In this document: in pieces, positions 32,762 to 36,456 of the stretch
Layout: every line of letters starts with the position of its first letter
Numbering within the stretch: position 1 is the stretch's first letter
Assembly (NCBI GenBank): GCA_025455785.1
Contig: JALOLV010000009.1
Coordinates: 1 to 36,456 of the forward strand
Length of the DNA: 36,456 nucleotides
DNA from: Spirosomataceae bacterium
GTDB lineage: Bacteria > Bacteroidota > Bacteroidia > Cytophagales > Spirosomataceae
Direction of reading: 5' to 3'
Program-made: the position numbers and the translations under genes
The notes under the pieces: generated by a model
What the model was told of the DNA's origin: nothing
Databases searched by the model: none
Seen by the model: only the letters and a program-made list of their open reading frames with translations

Positions 32762-32819
32762 TGAAGTTAAAGAAAAACTAATTTTTCGATTTTTATCATA
32801 AAATTCGCAATTTTGCCAC

Positions 32820-33446
32820 ATGGCAAAGAAAGTTAAATTTTATGCAGTCTGGGAAGGGCGAGAAAAAGGTGTCTATGACACTTGGGAAGACTGTCAGAAG
32901 CAAGTAATTGGCTTTGACGGTGCAAAATACAAATCTTTTGATACTAAAGAGGAAGCAACAAAGGCTTTGAAGGGTAATTATTGGCAATTTATCCAACAAA
33001 AAGAGAAGGAAGAGAAGCAAATCAAAATGCCAATTGGCAATCCAGACCTCAATTCAGTTGTGGTAGATGCAGCTTGGAATACCGCCACTGGCGATATGGA
33101 GTATCAGGGTTTTTATCTCAAAACCAAAGAAAGGTTATTTCTGAAAGGCCCATTCAGACACGCCACAAATAATATCGGTGAGTTTTTGGCGATTGTTCAC
33201 GCTTTGGCGTTATTGCACCAAAAACAATCCAATCTACCGATTTATTCAGATTCGAGAACGGCAATAAGTTGGGTTAGAGCCAAAAAAGCAAATACTAAAT
33301 TGGCCGAAAAAGAAGGCAATGAAGAAGTTTTTGAATTGATAGATAGAGCCGAAAAATGGCTACAAAATAACAAGTACGGAAACAAAATTTTGAAGTGGGA
33401 AACCGAGCATTGGGGCGAAAACCCGGCAGATTTTGGACGAAAATGA
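32820..33446 (+). CDS. Ribonuclease H1-type protein with an N-terminal hybrid-binding (viroplasmin/HBD) domain
   Basis: The N terminus KFYAVWEGREKGVYDTWEDCQKQVIGFDGAKYKSFDTKEEA is the HBD signature. The C-terminal RNase H fold carries VVVDAAW, NNIGEFLAIVHAL and IYSDSRTAISW. Confidence 0.85.
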   Translation: MAKKVKFYAVWEGREKGVYDTWEDCQKQVIGFDGAKYKSFDTKEEATKALKGNYWQFIQQKEKEEKQIKMPIGNPDLNSVVVDAAWNTATGDMEYQGFYLKTKERLFLKGPFRHATNNIGEFLAIVHALALLHQKQSNLPIYSDSRTAISWVRAKKANTKLAEKEGNEEVFELIDRAEKWLQNNKYGNKILKWETEHWGENPADFGRK

Positions 33447-33540
33447 AATAATTTGCATTATTCGATTCTCATTTAACGATTTGTTTATTAATATTGCATC
33501 AAGATTAATTATTGTAAATCATACTCTGTATATATATTTT

Positions 33541-33720
33541 ATGGCTGATAACACTCATTCAAAACCGCTTTCGGATGGCACGATGCTCGTAATCTTTTTG
33601 GTTCTGGCTTGTATCCTTTATTTTGTTGGAGACTTACTTACTTTTATTGTTGGAATGATTGTTTTAACTCCACTTTTTGCTGGTAATTACAACAAAGCTC
33701 ACCAAGACGAATCTCATTGA
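33541..33720 (+). CDS. Small (59-aa) predicted two-helix membrane protein
   Basis: ATG at 33541. The hydrophobic stretches are MLVIFLVLACILYFVG and LTFIVGMIVLTPLF, and a strong terminator follows. The upstream part of track ORF 33433 is unlikely to be coding. Confidence 0.4.
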   Translation: MADNTHSKPLSDGTMLVIFLVLACILYFVGDLLTFIVGMIVLTPLFAGNYNKAHQDESH

Positions 33721-33738
33721 TTTGGTTTTTAGTTTTTT

Positions 33739-33779
33739 AACACAGAAAGCGGCTCAATTGAGCCGCTTTCTGTGTTTTG
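33739..33779 (+). terminator. Strong rho-independent terminator
   Basis: Perfect palindrome AACACAGAAAGCGGCTCAATTGAGCCGCTTTCTGTGTT (33739-33776) followed by TT. A T-run also precedes it, so it may act in both directions. Confidence 0.8.
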
Positions 33780-33863
33780 ATACCTATTGATAAGATTTAC
33801 TTGATAAAATTGCTTTTTAGATTTTCAATTCTGAATTTCACACCACACTAATCCGATATTAAC

Positions 33864-36456
33864 ATGAGAAAGAATCTTTACTATTCAACATTGACCGTAC
33901 TTTTAATGCTTGTGTTCTCGGCTTCGAGTTTTGCACAACGACTAAAGTTTCACCGCATTTCGGCCGAAATCGAGCCACTCAAGTTAGAGAGTTTGTTCAA
34001 TGATGGTTTTGAGGTTGACCACTTTAGCTACGAACAAAAAAAGTATTTTGCTGCTGAGGTTTCCGACGAAGACATTGCTATCTTCAAAAAACACAATGTG
34101 AAGTTTAAGTACCAAATCGAAGATTTAGAGAAGAACTTGGCTAAGTATAATCGAGAAATTGACAGAAAAGCTCCCAAAAATACCAAAACTGCGGTTACAA
34201 CACCCGCCAATTTTTCATTAGGCTCATATGCTGGATTTTACACATTTGCCGAATTACAGACTATCCTCGACCAAATGCGTACATTGTATCCTAACTTAAT
34301 CTCGGCTAAAAGTAGCATAGGAACTTCAATCGAAGGCCGACCAATCTTGATGGTTAAGATAAGCGATAATCCCGATGTTGATGAAGCCGAACCTGAAATG
34401 TTCTTCAATGCGGTACACCACGCACGCGAACCAATGAGCATGAGCCAATTAATATTTTTTATGTGGCATGTTTTAGAGAATTACAATACTGATAAGGATA
34501 TTAGAACGCTTGTAAATAGTACGGAGCTTTTTATTGTACCTTGTGTAAATCCTGATGGATATGTTTTTAATCAAACAATGAATCCCAGCGGGGGTGGAAT
34601 GTGGCGAAAGAATCGACGCAACAATGGTAACGGTACGTACGGGGTCGATATTAATCGAAACTATGGGTTTATGTGGGGCTTCAATAATACGGGTTCTTCA
34701 CCAACCACAAGTTCAGATACATACCGAGGAACGGCTGCGTTTTCAGAACCCGAGACTCAAGTAATTCGTGATTTTTGTAATAGTCACAATTTTACACTCT
34801 CGATGGATTTTCATTCTTTCGGAAACTACTGCATCTATCCGTTTGGATATACGAGTACAAATCCGAATCCGGAATTAGCGTTATTCCAACAAATGGGGAC
34901 ATTTCTGGTAGCCGAAAATGGGTTTGTGGCTGGCAATGCACTTTCGACGGTTGGTTACACGGCCAATGGTGCAGGCGATGACTGGAAGTATGGTGAGCAA
35001 ACGACAAAAAATAAAATTTATAGCTTTACTCCCGAAGTAGGAGCCTCAACCGATGGTTTTTGGCCTGCTTCAAGTCGGATAATTCCGCTTTGTAATGCAA
35101 CAATCGAAATGAATAAAAAGGCATTCAGAATGTCAACTTATTTTGGTAAAGCTACTCCTACAAATAATAACTCGACTGTTGCAACCACAAATGGAACTGT
35201 TAATTATACCTTTCAGAATTTCAGTGTAAAGCCAACGACCTACACAGTCTCGGTTTCGCCAGTAAGTAGTTTTATCACATCAGTTGGTTCTCCAAAAACG
35301 TACTCTAACTTCACATTGCTTCAAAACCAAGCTGATAATTTTACATACTCGATAGACCCTCTTACTCCTCTCGGTACACAATTGAAGTTTGCATTGACAG
35401 TCGATAACGGGTTATCGGTACAATCTGATACAATTACAATAACGTATGATTGTATCGGACCTAATTCTTTGGCAACATCGGGTATTAGTGTTTCGGGAGC
35501 GACCCTAAGCTGGGGTGCAGTAGCTGGTGCAAGCAATTATTATGTTTCATTTAAAGAAAACAGCAGTAGCACTTGGGGGGCCGATATATTGGTAAATGGT
35601 GCAACAACCTACGCCTTGACTGGTTTGAACCCCGCAACTACATATAATTGGAGAGTCAGAACCGAAAATTGTACTAATTGGTCTTCGACGCTCAATTTCC
35701 AGACTCAACCACTTTGCGGCAACCCTACAAGTTTGAGTACATCGAGTTTGACTTCTACGAGTGTTACACTCAATTGGGGGGCGGTTTCGGGAGTTACTAA
35801 TTATACAGTCGAATACAAAGCTGCCGCTTCTTCGACATGGATAGTCGCTGCCAGTGCAACAACCGCAACAAGTCAAAGTTTAACTGGATTAACTCCAACA
35901 ACCGTCTATGATTGGCGAGTGAGAGCCAATTGTCCGGCAGGAAGTAGTTCTTATGTTTCGGCTCAATTTACAACTCCGAGTTCGGTTACATATTGTGCAT
36001 CAAAAGGAAACAGTACATCATTTATGTGGATAGACTATGTAAATATGGGTACGATTAATAGAACATCTGGGAGTGATGCTGGTTATTTTAATGGAACGTC
36101 AATTTCGACAAATGCAGTACGAGGGACGAGCCGTACAATTGTACTTTCTTGTGGATTTAGCAGTACGATATATAGAATGTACTGGCGAGTTTTTATTGAT
36201 TACAATAGAAATGGAGTATTTACGGATGCAGGCGAGCAAGTTACGAGTTTCAACGTAACAACTTCGGGTAATACTTCTAGAACATTCACGATTCCATCAA
36301 CAGCAGCTTTGGGTACAACCAGAATGCGTGTTGTAGCGAAATACAGTGCCTATGCTACCTCGTGCGAGACATTTACTTATGGCGAGGTGGAGGATTATAC
36401 CATTAACATCACAGCATCAACTGCTAATTCACGTTCTATTTCTGCGGCTGAACCTA
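33864..36456 (+). CDS. Secreted M14 zinc carboxypeptidase with two FN3 domains and a GEVED domain; 3'-partial, running off the window
   Basis: This ORF is not in the ORF track because it has no stop in the window. I translated it by hand. The ATG at 33864 gives the signal peptide MRKNLYYSTLTVLLMLVFSASSFAQ. The M14 motifs are NAVHHAREP (HxxE), VPCVNPDGY, WRKNRR and VDINRNY. Two FN3 repeats are present (LSWGAVAGASNYYV..., LNWGAVSGVTNYTV...). The GEVED motif YGEVEDYTINI lies in frame at 36381. Confidence 0.9.
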   Translation, partial: MRKNLYYSTLTVLLMLVFSASSFAQRLKFHRISAEIEPLKLESLFNDGFEVDHFSYEQKKYFAAEVSDEDIAIFKKHNVKFKYQIEDLEKNLAKYNREIDRKAPKNTKTAVTTPANFSLGSYAGFYTFAELQTILDQMRTLYPNLISAKSSIGTSIEGRPILMVKISDNPDVDEAEPEMFFNAVHHAREPMSMSQLIFFMWHVLENYNTDKDIRTLVNSTELFIVPCVNPDGYVFNQTMNPSGGGMWRKNRRNNGNGTYGVDINRNYGFMWGFNNTGSSPTTSSDTYRGTAAFSEPETQVIRDFCNSHNFTLSMDFHSFGNYCIYPFGYTSTNPNPELALFQQMGTFLVAENGFVAGNALSTVGYTANGAGDDWKYGEQTTKNKIYSFTPEVGASTDGFWPASSRIIPLCNATIEMNKKAFRMSTYFGKATPTNNNSTVATTNGTVNYTFQNFSVKPTTYTVSVSPVSSFITSVGSPKTYSNFTLLQNQADNFTYSIDPLTPLGTQLKFALTVDNGLSVQSDTITITYDCIGPNSLATSGISVSGATLSWGAVAGASNYYVSFKENSSSTWGADILVNGATTYALTGLNPATTYNWRVRTENCTNWSSTLNFQTQPLCGNPTSLSTSSLTSTSVTLNWGAVSGVTNYTVEYKAAASSTWIVAASATTATSQSLTGLTPTTVYDWRVRANCPAGSSSYVSAQFTTPSSVTYCASKGNSTSFMWIDYVNMGTINRTSGSDAGYFNGTSISTNAVRGTSRTIVLSCGFSSTIYRMYWRVFIDYNRNGVFTDAGEQVTSFNVTTSGNTSRTFTIPSTAALGTTRMRVVAKYSAYATSCETFTYGEVEDYTINITASTANSRSISAAEP

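Noticed and set aside
32312-33020. Minus-strand ORFs 32312..32821 and 32796..33020, and plus-strand ORF 32981..33172.
   Set aside because: They are antisense to or out of frame with the signal-peptide protein and the RNase H/HBD gene.
34028-36258. Short ORFs 34028..34210(-), 34238..34441(-), 34792..35007(-), 35321..35536(-), 35547..35876(-) and 36073..36258(+).
   Set aside because: All lie inside the long open M14-FN3-GEVED frame and are antisense or out of frame, with Cys/Arg-rich nonsense translations.
1-36456. Search for CRISPR arrays, tRNA/rRNA genes, tandem repeats and riboswitch-like leaders.
   Set aside because: I saw no regularly spaced direct repeats, no tRNA-like T-arm (GGTTCGAATCC-type) sequence near the integrase and no rRNA-like segments. 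The intergenic regions are mostly short and AT-rich.

Overview
The window is low-GC chromosomal DNA that looks Bacteroidota-like (probably Cytophagia or Flavobacteriia): many predicted signal peptides end in A-Q, there are TAnnTTTG-type -7 boxes, and a GEVED-domain surface protein is present. I found no rRNA, tRNA or CRISPR array. The window has four parts. (1) 1-2855: a truncated aldo/keto reductase followed by a small tyrosine-integrase islet with two tiny orphan ORFs. (2) 2875-17600: an M16 peptidase, an Fe-S (6-4) photolyase-type protein, an exported TPR-CHAT caspase-like protease, a translationally coupled ECF sigma/anti-sigma pair, a divergent five-gene operon of secreted proteins (one OmpA-like, four with no recognisable domain) and a CrtA-like protein. 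(3) 17750-24791: an efflux adaptor plus TolC pair with no pump gene, a two-gene Anbu (proteasome-like) plus transglutaminase module, a 182-bp element with 24-bp terminal inverted repeats, and a GH20 hexosaminidase with a 3' frameshift. (4) 24877-36456: housekeeping genes (RDD/DUF2752 pair, RecQ, BshB1, M23/LysM peptidase, TrxB, RNase H with a hybrid-binding domain) and a large M14 carboxypeptidase-FN3-GEVED ORF. That ORF runs off the right edge and is absent from the supplied ORF track. The best candidate for an undescribed system is the 7.5-16.9 kb block: exported CHAT protease, TPR anti-sigma, ECF sigma and the secreted-protein operon. All functional calls rest on motifs recognised by eye. 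No database search was possible.
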